Made by a program: the position numbers and the translations under genes
Part shown: piece after piece, positions 51,417 through 62,756 of the stretch
Layout: each line of letters begins with the position of its first letter
Numbering within the stretch: position 1 is the stretch's first letter
The notes under the pieces: model-generated
The model's database searches: none
Seen by the model: the letters and a program-made list of their open reading frames with translations, nothing else
Told to the model about the DNA's origin: nothing
Source of the DNA: an uncultured Candidatus Altimarinota bacterium
GTDB taxonomy: Bacteria > Patescibacteriota > Gracilibacteria > BD1-5 > UBA2023
DNA length: 64,000 nucleotides
Direction: 5' to 3'
Assembly: GCA_936941205.1 (NCBI GenBank)
Contig: CAKZJF010000082.1
Coordinates: 2,536 to 66,535 of the forward strand

Positions 51417-52698
51417 ACAAACGATTTCTTTTATAATAATAATCAAGAAATAATTTTGAATATAATTCGAGTTCATCCATCGTAAATCATAAATCAGTCC
51501 ATCGCTTTAGTAAATAGATTTTCCGTTTTTGAAATATAGCATCATCTATTAAGTAAAGATTCAAGATATCATTTTCCAAATCTGTTGAAATATTCATTCT
51601 TATATTATCATTTTCTCGTACAAATAATGAATCATAGTACTGAGTAAAAGTATTAAATTTAGCACTATTCTCTTGAGTAAAAGCAAATATATTGAATGGA
51701 ATTCATCTACGAAGATTATCACTCATAAAAGAGAGATAATTATCAATCTCACTTAAAGAATATCCGTTGAGTATTTTTTTATTCTGCTTCCAGCTACCAT
51801 AGCTTACATCTTCATATGCAATAACTCATGGTATATATGACGTAGCTGAAAGTCCTATTCATACTATAGCTGTATTATTAGTTTTTCTTTCCTCTATCTC
51901 CCTTCTATGGGTATCAAACAGTCATAAAAATTTTCCATCAATATATGTATCTACTATTTTAACTGCTTTTTTTGAAGTGCTAATATAATACTTGCAAAGA
52001 TCAAGAAATTTATCTTTTCAATATTTTCCAAGAAAAATATTCGCAAATCCTGTTTTAATAGAAATATCCCATCGATTAATCTCCAGATTTACATCTAAAC
52101 CATGATTTTTAATCTTTTGTCATGCAGCGTAAATATATTCTAGATCATTTATGAGATCATCTAGGGTCATAGATGGAAGATTATACATAAGATCAAATGA
52201 TATCTTCTTAAATCCACACTCAATAGCCTGATTAATAGCCATATCTAATTTCGTTTTACTAAACTTTCTATTATTATATCTATTCACCTTTTCACTTGTA
52301 GTTTGCACTCCAAACATAATATCTGTAACACCAAAATCCTTCAAAATATGAAGCGTATTTGAAGTTAAGTAAAATGGATGAATCTCTACTTGCCAACTGT
52401 AACCTTCAGATAAAGAAAAATTTTCAAGTATTTTTGTGGACATCTCCCTAATCTCCTCATCAGATGCAAGATTAAAAGTTCCTCATCCAAAATATATTGA
52501 ATCAAGTGGTTTTTTAATAACAGTTGAATATTTTTCCAATTCTTGAAGCATGTAGTCTCTATATATCTTTGTATCGGTTTCATTCACCCGAAGAAGCGCC
52601 TCACAATCACAATAATTACAGCGAGTATCACAGTATATACTATGGATATAAAGTTGCAAGAATCATTCCTTCTCATTATATAAATTCCATTTATTCAT
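51409..52698 (-). CDS. HemN-like radical SAM protein (coproporphyrinogen dehydrogenase / class C methylase fold)
   Basis: 429 aa, frame verified line by line. LYIHSIYCDTRCNYC, IYFGGGTF and GVTDIMFGVQT. An in-frame upstream ATG at 52824 is an alternative start. Confidence 0.75.
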
Positions 52699-52701
52699 TA
52701 C

Positions 52702-52732
52702 ATTCTTCTCTGAAACTTTTTCAGAGAAGAAT
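52702..52732 (-). promoter_or_regulatory. perfect 14-bp hairpin 3 nt upstream of the HemN-like ATG
   Basis: attcttctctgaaa (52702-52715) pairs with tttcagagaagaat (52719-52732) across a 3-nt loop. No T-tract follows. Confidence 0.5.
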
Positions 52733-52833
52733 ACATTCATAGGATAACGAAAGGCAAAACCATCCTCTTTAAAAAAGAGAATAAGAAATAGTATTTTCTC
52801 AATTTCTTCAAATAATTTCTTCATAAATATATA

Positions 52834-53715
52834 CTATTTGATCATACGATCCAAATAAGTTATAATATATTCAAAATGACTATATAGTATTTTAACCTCA
52901 CCATTATCATCATTATAAATTGCGTTTCCATCTCTCATAGTAGTAGAAATTTCCTTAAACTTGCTATTGTATAATTCAATATTTTTTGAATCTCAAAGAG
53001 TTGTATATATTCTTATCAATTCTCGATATGCCATAAATTTATTTATATAATATCCATCTCCAGTAGCCTCAAGATTTCATAAAGATTGAAGTGTGGCAAT
53101 GGATTTATCACTATTCCCCATTCTATCATACGAAATTGCCATAAGTAATAATGATGGAGAATACACTTTACCATTTTTATTTGTTTCAAATAATTTTATT
53201 GCTTCACTGTATTTTTTATTCTTAAATGCAACTAGTCATTTCAATCGATCCAAGACTGGATATTTAATAATATACTTCTCAATAAGCTTATCAGCTTCTG
53301 TATAATCATTCAAAAAGATATATGCAATTATCACATTTCAAATTGTCGTAGAAAAATTTACAAAATTAGTCTCTGCTCAACTTGAATGTTTATTCCAATA
53401 TATAAGAACTTCATCATATTTTCATAAGTCATTCAATACTTGTATGAGATTGGTAAGATTTCGAGGACTTTGTCATTTTGTTATTTCATAATTTTGTTTA
53501 ATATATTGCAGTGCCTTATCAGAATTGCTATCAATTTGACGTTGCTCTTTGCTAATTTTTTCTTCTGAGAGAATTTCCTTCTTAATGAGTATTCATGAAT
53601 TTACTACAACACCACTTGATGTAGTATTAACACTTCAAGGAGAAGATGGTAAAAAATTACATGAAGTCAAAAAACATACAGAGAGGAGTATTCAGATATT
53701 TCGTATGCTATACAT
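52834..53715 (-). CDS. TPR-like repeat lipoprotein
   Basis: 293 aa. MYSIRNIGILLSVCFLTSC lipobox signal. Helical repeats with the TPR-like spacing W/Y..A...Y/F. Confidence 0.65.
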
Positions 53716-53797
53716 ATATGTGTAATTAAAAAAATAACGATTATATACAATAATAATATTACTTCTTTCGAAAAATACAATCTTTTACTAAAAATAC

Positions 53798-53825
53798 TTG
53801 ATATAAATATTTTTATTCTTATATC
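53798..53825 (+). promoter_or_regulatory. candidate promoter of tRNA-Cys
   Basis: ttgata (53798-53803), 16-nt spacer, tatatc (53820-53825), 9 nt before the tRNA 5' end. Confidence 0.4.
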
Positions 53826-53834
53826 TTTACATAT

Positions 53835-53909
53835 GGTGCCATGGCAGAGTGGTTATGCGGGAGTTTGCAAAGCTCCATACATCGGTTCGATTCCGTTTCG
53901 GCACCTCCA
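53835..53909 (+). tRNA. tRNA-Cys (anticodon GCA)
   Basis: Closely parallels E. coli tRNA-Cys. D loop agtggtta, anticodon stem ggagt/gctcc with loop ttGCAaa, T loop ttcgatt, discriminator T plus CCA. One irregular position at the T-stem/acceptor junction. Confidence 0.8.
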
Positions 53910-53916
53910 TTCATCC

Positions 53917-55059
53917 TTATCGAAATCGAGATACAAAATCATACTTGGTTTCAAAATAAGCAATAATATATTTATTTAAATGTTTAGATAATGATTCAAT
54001 TAAAAGGAATGGAATATGAATAGAATCTTCATATAATTTTTCATTGAATTTTGCCTCATTCACATCATATCACTCACGAAGACAAAACATTTTCTCAATA
54101 TTAATTTCATCTCAAAAATTCTCCTTTTTTTTCGACTCAAACCTTGTAATAATCTGATGTGAAAATTTCTCCATCTTAGTGAGATATAATCCATCTTCAA
54201 TACTTCAAAAGATATGATCTTCTTGAGTACTTCACTGGCCAGCTAGGAGAGTACACATATAAAGGAGTCCATTGGATCATAAATATAACCCTTTTCATAA
54301 AGAACAATTCGAGAGATGTTCTTTAGAAAATGATTCTGCAAGATATTTCTCTATAATTTCTTCTATTGGATCAATCTGAACGCGATATCGCAGTAAATTT
54401 TGTATATAGTAGTTAAATATTTTAATATATTCTAACTTGAAAATATCTGCAGCCTTCCTGTTAATGAATCCTTTTTTGGCAATAAGCTGGCAAATTGCAA
54501 TGCTTTTTGTTCAAATTTCTTCAACAAAATATTTCACTAAATCAGAAAGGTACACTACATTTTCTTTTGTTACCACAATTGAAACTCGTGGAGCTACTCA
54601 ATAGATAGCCTTATATTTTTCAATATTATTTCCAATAATTTCATATAATTTATAATCCTTTATAGTTTTATGTACCCTATAGTGGTCATATGTATTATAA
54701 AGAAATGAATCTATAGAAAACTGAAGTTCTATAGCATGATCATGAAAAAATTTATACATGTCTTTCGTATAAATGGTTCCATTTGTATTAATGGTTCCTA
54801 TTTCAATATTTTTGGTTGGATACTCTCATCTCATCTTTTCAACATGCAAAATAAGCTGTTGAATAAAGGCAAAATTTAATAAAGGTTCTCATCATAAAAC
54901 AGAAATAACAATTTCATCCGTTTGCTCAATCACCTGAGTCACTAATTCTGCTATTTTATCAGACCATATCAGATTCATTTCTATTTTATCAACAAAACAA
55001 TACGTACAATCTAAATTGCATTCTCGATTTACAAATATAGTAAATGAATTGATTTTCAT
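53917..55059 (-). CDS. radical SAM/SPASM protein (anaerobic sulfatase-maturase-like)
   Basis: 380 aa, every line checked in frame. VNRECNLDCTYCF, LGGEPLL and the SPASM-type segment CSLGKGLYLGSNGLLYMC. Stop lies 8 nt from the tRNA-Cys 3' end. Confidence 0.8.
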
Positions 55060-55143
55060 AAAAAATTATAATGCTAAATGAGTAAATGATTCTGAGTGTA
55101 CAATATTTCATTAAGTACAACTATGGAAAACAAAGTATTCCTC

Positions 55144-56127
55144 TTATTTATCAAAAAATTGTTCACAAACATTGCAACTATAGCAGTCTTTTGGACATTT
55201 TCTGAGTTTAGCAAAAAAAGAGAGTCGAGTTAATTTATCATTATCAATGTAAGGGATATTTTGATATGGAAAATCAATAATATCTTTTAAATCTCCATGA
55301 TAAGTTCAAGCTATATATGCATCTAACATTTTTCTAATTCGCTCAGTTGATTCTGGTCTTGTATCCAATTTAAATACATCAACAATATCTTGATAATGAA
55401 TAAGATCTTCTGGTCGAATAAACGGTGCTCGAAAAATTAATTTTCGATTCTTGTGAACCATTGGCACACAAGAATAATCTTCAATTAAATTATACTTTCC
55501 ATTGTGAATTCTCTCTTCTGTATTGTAATCCACCCGATGTGCAGCAATATTAAAATGTGTATGTCTATATGGGCAGTTAGAAAAACATCCTTCATTTAAT
55601 AGCATTTGAATTGGAAGTCATGTTCGATCTTTTATATTTTTTATCAATTCAATATCTCGATTTATATCTCGATCAATCGTTAAAATATCAATTCATAAAT
55701 CTTTAAAATATATTGCCTGTTCTACGGATTTTAAATAACAATTAATTGACGAATAAATAATAATCTTAGGAAGTGCTTTTCGAAAAAAGGGAGCATATAA
55801 CATGTTAGTCAGTGTGATTGAGGTTAATCATCGCATATGAAGCTTTTTTATGAATTTTATAAGCTTCAACATATGAAATTTATCTCAGGTATTTTCACCC
55901 TCACAGGTTGCATTCATTATCAAGATGGTATCTATCCCATATTTATTACATGTATCAATTACAGAATATAATGCAACCTCTTCATAATCATTCATCTGTA
56001 TTTCATCTCTTCATGAATTTCCAAGAGAATATGGTAATGGTAAATACACTGAACTAATATGATCCTTATAATCATCTATGAGGGCAAAAAAATCGGGCTT
56101 CTGATTAAATCAAATGGAGAATTTCAT
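55144..56127 (-). CDS. U32-family-like protein (TIM-barrel with Cys motifs)
   Basis: 327 aa. ORF 55305-55605 is in frame. Layout ..IYSSINC..LGIDILTIDRDIN..IQMLLNEGCFSNCPYRH parallels the U32 E.F.HGALC....G.C region but is diverged. C-terminal CPKDCYSCNVC. Confidence 0.45.
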
Positions 56128-56136
56128 AGAAAATAA

Positions 56137-57252
56137 CTAAATAGTAATATCAATATTATACTTATGCTGCAGTTTCTTTAAAAGAATAATTTTTTCTTTT
56201 ACATCAGATGATTCAAAATCATTTCCATATATATTATTAATATCTGAATATTTGAAATAGAAAGTTTTGTCGTAGAATTGTAATAGTTTTAAAGTATCAA
56301 CAAATTCTTCTAATGTTTCTTGAAAATAATTAAAAATTATATGATTACAAAGCTCAATCTTTGAATTTCTTCGCATATCTAATAAATTCTCCATGAGCCT
56401 ATCTATACTATATCAACGCTTCATAAGAGATAATATACGTGGTGAAGTATGTTGAATAGGAAGAAGCATATATGGTATTCTACCATTAAATATATATTTC
56501 TTTAAAGACGGGTAATATTTTAGAAAGAAAACAGGATTAATATTTGTAATATATATACGAATTGATTCATGTATCGAAAAAATCTTTTCAACCAAATCAA
56601 CAAAAGTAGTCCCCATATCTATTCCATAACTTCCACAATCATCAGAAAGTAAATAAAAATCTGTTTTTCATTGTTGAAAATCTTCCTTTACCTGATCCAT
56701 TATATCCTGAATAGCAAGACTCTTGGTGGCTCATTTAATTTTCTTAATATTACAGTAAGAACAATTGAACTCACATCATGTAGATATCTCAATGAAAGAT
56801 TTACTTTCAAAATTACCAAGCAACTCACCATATTGCTTAAAATCATTATCAGTATCTAGGATGCTAATCTTGTTTTTAAAAGAATAACTCTCAACTTTTT
56901 TTAGATTTATCTTATACTCAAAATAACTCTCAACGGCAACATGGTTTTTCGAATCTATATAATATAATTCATTTCCATATCGTTCCCGAATACTATTACT
57001 AATACATCCAATCAGTATAATTCTTTTATTTTGTTGAAGGTAATAATCAATCTTTTGAAATGTTTCATCTAAAAAACCACTATTCACTCAGCATAAATCA
57101 AGTAAAATTAATTGGCATGAAGCAAAATCTTTCACCAATATATAATTATTAATTACAAGAAAATTATAAATCTTTACAAATTTATTATCCGAAAGAATAC
57201 AGTCATTTGAAATACGGTCAATAAATATCTTTTCTGAGTTTGTGAATACCAT
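56137..57252 (-). CDS. MiaB-fold radical SAM protein (paralogue 1 of 4)
   Basis: 371 aa. ORFs 56137-56394, 56413-56616 and 56776-57087 are in one frame. ISTGCEFNCSYC and LPIQHTSPRILSLMKRGY (MiaB/RimO-like PxQSGS..L..M.R.Y). Confidence 0.8.
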
Positions 57253-57294
57253 GTGTTTGGTGGAAATGATAGTTTTAAAAAGATTTATATATGT

Positions 57295-57322
57295 ATTATA
57301 GGAAGTTATTGAATGAGTTCAA
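57295..57322 (-). promoter_or_regulatory. near-consensus sigma70-type promoter for 56137-57252
   Basis: On the minus strand, TTGAAC (57322-57317), 16-nt spacer, TATAAT (57300-57295), 43 nt upstream of ATG 57252. Confidence 0.55.
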
Positions 57323-57362
57323 TATTATTTGTTCATATACTTATATAAGCACTGTCATTTTA

Positions 57363-57390
57363 TTGCATAAGTCTTGAGTCTGTATATAGT
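57363..57390 (+). promoter_or_regulatory. candidate promoter for 57431-58684
   Basis: TTGCAT (57363-57368), 16-nt spacer, TATAGT (57385-57390), 40 nt upstream of ATG 57431. Confidence 0.45.
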
Positions 57391-57430
57391 AAAAATATAA
57401 CAATCCTCTTTATTTATATAAAAAAATCAA

Positions 57431-58684
57431 ATGAAGAAAATATTTATCTGATTTGGAACATGACCAGAGCAAATTATATTCCACCAAGCAACTCTCCTAT
57501 ATAATTTTTTTCTTATAAATGGATATACCCTTGTGAAAGAAGCAAAACTGGCTGATGTCATTTTTTTATGCTGATATCCATTTAATAATCATGAAGAAAC
57601 AAGAGTTCTGCTTACCTTAAATTACTATCTAAAAAAGTATCCAAATACCGATATTATTGCCTTTTGACACCTCGCTGATATGATTCAGGGAATGAACGAA
57701 TTCTGAAAACTGAAAGTAATATGATTATATCAATCAAAGAGAATAAATACCTTATTTCCACATACCATACCAATAGAAGAAATACACGTAGAAAATTATC
57801 GATTCTTTATACCTCTAAAAATTGATAATTTATATATTTGAGATTTTTGATATGATATCTCTATTAAGACAAACTATATACTTCGAGAAGATGAACTCAA
57901 TATATCAATCGATACACTCAGAAATTGAGGAGTATCAATCAGTTGAATAGAAGAGTATGAGGAAAAATATTGTTATCTGGAAGATAAGACCAATAACATT
58001 TATATACAAACCTCATATGGCTGTGCATTTAAATGTTCATATTGTGTTATTAATAGTGTATGATGAGTTATTAGTAGGCCAATGGATGAGATTCTAAAGC
58101 AAATACAAAAATGAATTGAAGCAGGAAAAAAATCCGTTTATATTGTTGATCAAGATAGTGGAAGTTATGGTATTGATATATGACTTGATTTTGCTGATTT
58201 ACTCAACAAAATTAATAAAATACCTTGAGATTTTGATATACGTATTTATTATTTTGAACCGTCAAGATTTTTAAAGCTCTATAAAAAAATAAATGTTGAT
58301 ATTCTCACAAGAAGGTTAGCATTTCTGAATATTCCCATACAAACCACCTCACAGAGAATACTTACTCTTATGAATCGGAATTATGATATCACTGAAGTAT
58401 TAAATATTATTCGGAAACTTCGCAGAATTAACATGAGGATTCGACTTGAAACCATTGTAATGTATGGGTTCCCTACGGAAACATATGATGAATTTATGGA
58501 ATATCCAAAAATACTTCCCTACTTTGATCATATAGAATTCTTACGATATTCGGAAAGGCCATGAACAAAATCAGTAAAATTATGAGGAAAAATACTATAT
58601 GCTGATATGGAAAAACGATTTTCTATCATGTGAAAACTGAAAGAAAAATTTCCAACCAAAATAGATTATTGTATGGAAATATAA
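57431..58684 (+). CDS. MiaB-fold radical SAM protein (paralogue 2 of 4, only plus-strand gene of the island)
   Basis: 417 aa. ORF 58370-58564 is in frame. TSYGCAFKCSYC and IPIQTTSQRILTLMNRNY. Confidence 0.8.
58339..58408. repeat. 70-nt patch, 69/70 identical to the reverse complement of 59004-59073
   Basis: acaaaccacctcacagagaatacttactcttatgaatcggaattatgatatcactgaAgtattaaatatt, with a single A/G difference. Confidence 0.9.
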
Positions 58685-58694
58685 ATAGAAGACA

Positions 58695-60002
58695 CTAATA
58701 ACAACTTGCCAGTATCTTTTTCCGTTCTCTTGGACTTCATATAACTGGATCGATCTTATCACCAAATTTTTGCTTCATTTTTAGAATTACCAAAGATTTC
58801 CTGAGAATTTCTTCATGGGAATTTTTTTGCATGTTATAAGTTTTTGTTCACTTTTTATCTGCGTAACATAGAAAATCAGTACAATCAAAATATTTTAATA
58901 ATCGAAAATAATCAGAAAACTCATCATATGTTTCAGTAGGAAAGCCATAAATAACTATAGATCAAAGCAAGATACTAGTATTATACATCTTTATTTTCTT
59001 ACAAATATTTAATACCTCAGTGATATCATAATTCCGATTCATAAGAGTAAGTATTCTCTGTGAGGTGGTTTGTAATGTAATTCGAGCATATGATACTTTA
59101 TTTTCCCAAAATTCTGGAGCTATCCTATGAAAATTCTCTACAAGATGCTTGGGTTCAAGATAATAGAATTTTATATGAAAATCTCAAGGTATTTCATTGA
59201 TTTTATTTATGAGAAAAGCAAAATCAAGTCATATATCAATACCATAACTTCCAACATCTTCATCAATAATGATAATATTTTTTGCACCTATAGATACGGC
59301 ATGTTGAATATCGGAAATAATATCATCGATTGGAAAACTCTTTGTATATCAAGAAACCCGCTTAATTGCACAATAGGAACAATCAAATCCACATCCCCGT
59401 GTAGTTTCTATATAAAAGTTATCAATTGAATCTTCCATATAATTATAATCTCATGGATATTCTTCTATGGTATTATTTTGATATGTTCCATCAATGATTG
59501 AATCAATAGTTATTGAGAGATCATATTCTGATATTTCATAATTTGTTTCCAGTTTCAAATTACTTCATAATGCATTATGAAGTAAATCTCACAAAGAAAC
59601 CTCTTCGAGTTTTAATGGAATAAAGAAACGTATTCTTCATACATGAATATCTTTTATGGAAATAGTACCATGAAAAATGGTATCAAATTTTTCGTATTCA
59701 GAATATGAAATATACATGAGTCATGGTATGCGTTTTATACCATATATCATATTTGGTGCAGATCCGAACACAATAATCTTTTTATCTTTATAGGTATTCA
59801 GATAATAATAGAGAGAAAGAAGGACAAGTTTTTCTTCATAATTATCAAATGGATATGCATTCAATAAAATATAGTCTGCATCTTTTGCATTTTTTACTAA
59901 TTTGTATCCATTTTGAATCAGAAATTCATATACAATAGTTGATTGAAATCACACTTGACTATGCTCAGCTCAACTTGCACTTCAAATAAATATAGTAGAC
60001 AT
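58695..60002 (-). CDS. MiaB-fold radical SAM protein (paralogue 3 of 4)
   Basis: 435 aa, frame spot-checked. TTRGCGFDCSYC and ITLQTTSQRILTLMNRNY. Convergent with 57431-58684, with stops 10 nt apart. Confidence 0.8.
59004..59073. repeat. inverted partner of the 58339-58408 patch
   Basis: Reverse complement matches 58339-58408 at 69/70 positions. Confidence 0.9.
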
Positions 60003-60023
60003 AATATGAATTTTAATAAATAA

Positions 60024-61325
60024 CTATATATCTCTCTTTTGAAAAATATGAATTCCTTGGTGTAAGGTTTCATTTTTATCAAATATTTTTGTAAGAAAAT
60101 GTTCCTTCATTTTCCAAAGAAAGACCAATCTTCGAATCATTTCTTCTTTTGGTATTTTGCCCATAAAGAATGGAGATTGTGTTCATTTTCGATCCGAGTA
60201 ATACCAAAACCATACTTCATCGAAATAATTAATAACCTGAAAATATGTTTTAAATTCATCGAATGTTTCTGAAGGAAATCAATATATAAACTGGGTTGTT
60301 ATTATAATATTTGGATTGATACGTTTAATCTCCTGTGTAATACTAAGAACATTTGGTATATTATAACTCCTATTCATGAGCTTTAAAATTCTCTGTGACA
60401 TCGTTTGTAGCGGAACACAAAAATTAATAATCCTATTCCATATGGCTGGGTCAATTGTATGAAATAATTTCTCTAGCCTCCCTGGTTCAAAATAAAATAT
60501 TTTCAAGCGAAAATTTCATTCTATTGCATTAATTTCATTAAGGAGTTGAGCAAAGTTTTTTCAGATATCCAATCCATAACTTGCACTATCTTCATCAATA
60601 AAATGAAAGATAGTATATCAAAGTCATAATCATCGTTTTATTTTTCTTAAAATAATCTCTGTTGGGATGCTTTGAACAAATCCAGCTATACTTCTAATAT
60701 CACAATACGAACAATGTCATCCACATCACGTACATATCTCTAATGGATACTCACCTGTTTTATCAAGTAAATAGTTATATTTCTCAGTATTATATTCGGA
60801 AATTCGATCAATTGGATAATTTCATGCTTGTATAGCATCAAAATCTATAGATAAATCCTCCTGTGAGAATATATATCTTGATTCAATATTCGCATCAAGA
60901 TATCAATATTTATCAATATTTAAGCTTTCGATATTTAATGGAATAAAGAAACGGAGAGTATCAACCTCAATATTATGTATAGAAATACTTCGCATAAAAA
61001 GTGCATCAAATTTATCTTTTTCTTTTAATCATATCATTTGAATTCTGGAAATCCCTTGCAAATATGGCATCATCGCAGGAATTGATCCTATAAGAACAAT
61101 ATTTGCATTCGGATAGCGAACTAAATAATAATTAATAGTTAATAAATTTATTTTCTCTTCAAACTCTTCGAAAGGATATCCATTCAATACTATAATATCA
61201 GCATTGATTGGTGATGAAATCAATGTATATCCATTTTGTTCAAAAAAATTATATACAACAGTGCTTTGATAAGCACAAACTTTATGTTCACTTCAACTTC
61301 AACTTCCAATAAAAACATTTTGCAT
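60024..61325 (-). CDS. MiaB-fold radical SAM protein (paralogue 4 of 4)
   Basis: 433 aa. ORFs 60279-60506 and 61029-61223 are in frame. CTGCGGHCSYC and VPLQTMSQRILKLMNRSY. Confidence 0.8.
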
Positions 61326-61334
61326 AAAAATAAA

Positions 61335-62081
61335 TTAATCACATCATCCATCAAGAAATAAAGTTGTACCATTTACAAATGAGGAATCATCACTTGCCAA
61401 AAATATAATTGACTTAGCAACCTCTGTAATCTTTCAGAATCTTCAAAGATATATTGTATTGTCATCATCCTCTGAAGAATCTCATGTTGGATTTTCATAA
61501 TCTCTGTTATCAATATTACCAGGGGCAATAGCATTTATTCGAATATTTGGTCAAGCAATTTTTGCAAATTCTTTTGTAAGTACAATGATTCAAGCCTTGG
61601 AAATATCATAATCAATAAGGTCTGATGAAAAATGTTTTATTCCCTGAAGCGATGAAAGATTAATAATTTTTCATCAAATAATTTGTCTATCCAGCATTCG
61701 TCTTAAAACATACCGTGTACACAAAAATGTACCAAGAAGATTGGTATCTATGGTTTTTTTCCATTGTTCAACGGTTCTTTCAAAAATGGGAACTTCCTGA
61801 GAAAATCATGCATTATTTATACAAATATCTATTTTTCCAAATTGTTCTATTACTCAATCTACCATGGATATAACATCTCATTCTATGGAAACATCACATT
61901 TCACAGCTATAGCATGTCATCATAATCGAGATATCGTATCCACCACAACAAATGCTTCTTTCTCGGAAGTAAGATAGGTAATAACTACCTGTGCTCCTTC
62001 TTTTCAAAAATATAAAGCTGTTGCCCTTCATATTCAACGAGCACCACCAGTAATCACGACTATTTTCCCTTGAAATTGCAT
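61335..62081 (-). CDS. short-chain dehydrogenase/reductase (FabG-like)
   Basis: 248 aa. VITGGARGIGRATA (two Gly are TGA), NNAG, YDISK (YxxxK) and IAPG. Confidence 0.85.
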
Positions 62082-62090
62082 ATAAAACTA

Positions 62091-62756
62091 TTAATGAATA
62101 CTTCGATACAACATAAAAGATTCCGCATATGGAAGTCAACTTTCCATTCATCGAATACGAGCCAATGTTTCCAATCATTCGATATTTCGTGCATATGGAA
62201 AAGATTGATTTTCTGATATATAAAGCTGAAATAATTGCTTCTTATAATCAAGAAAATCACCAATATCTTCATAATGATTTGGGAGAAATTGATCCTTTCC
62301 TATAGATAATTCTGTCGAAGAAAGAATTTCAAAGAGATAAATTTTCTTAATAAAATGAAACCGTTCAATCGGCCGAAGAGCAGTAATTACAGAACGAGCT
62401 GTTAAAGCATGATCTATATTCAAATCATTATAAAAGTGTGTATATATAACACTTGGCTCTATCTTTTGAATTACCTTTTCAATCGATTGTATAATGGTAA
62501 GAAGTGGAATGGTATCGAAACCAGTATCTGGAAAAAATTCTTGAAAAACTTCATCAATTCATAGTTGTGCTACTATCCTTTGAAAACATTCCAATCGAAT
62601 ATTTTTTTTCTCTTCTTTTCTTGCATTTCATGGTGAAGACAAGAGCAAGATATTAACACTATAGCCCTGTTGTATTAATTTACAAATAGTTCCACCCATT
62701 CATAAAACTTCATCATCGGGATGAGCTATTATTATGAGAATCTTCTTATCATTCAT
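62091..62756 (-). CDS. PIG-L / LmbE-family deacetylase
   Basis: 221 aa. ILIIIAHPDDEVLGMGGT signature. ORF 62175-62423 is in frame. Confidence 0.8.

Noticed and set aside
52699-52824. 42-codon N-terminal extension of the HemN-like gene from ATG 52824.
   Set aside because: Not excluded, but it would place a perfect 14-bp hairpin inside the coding sequence. The ATG at 52698 gives a typical distance to the rSAM motif. Kept as an alternative.
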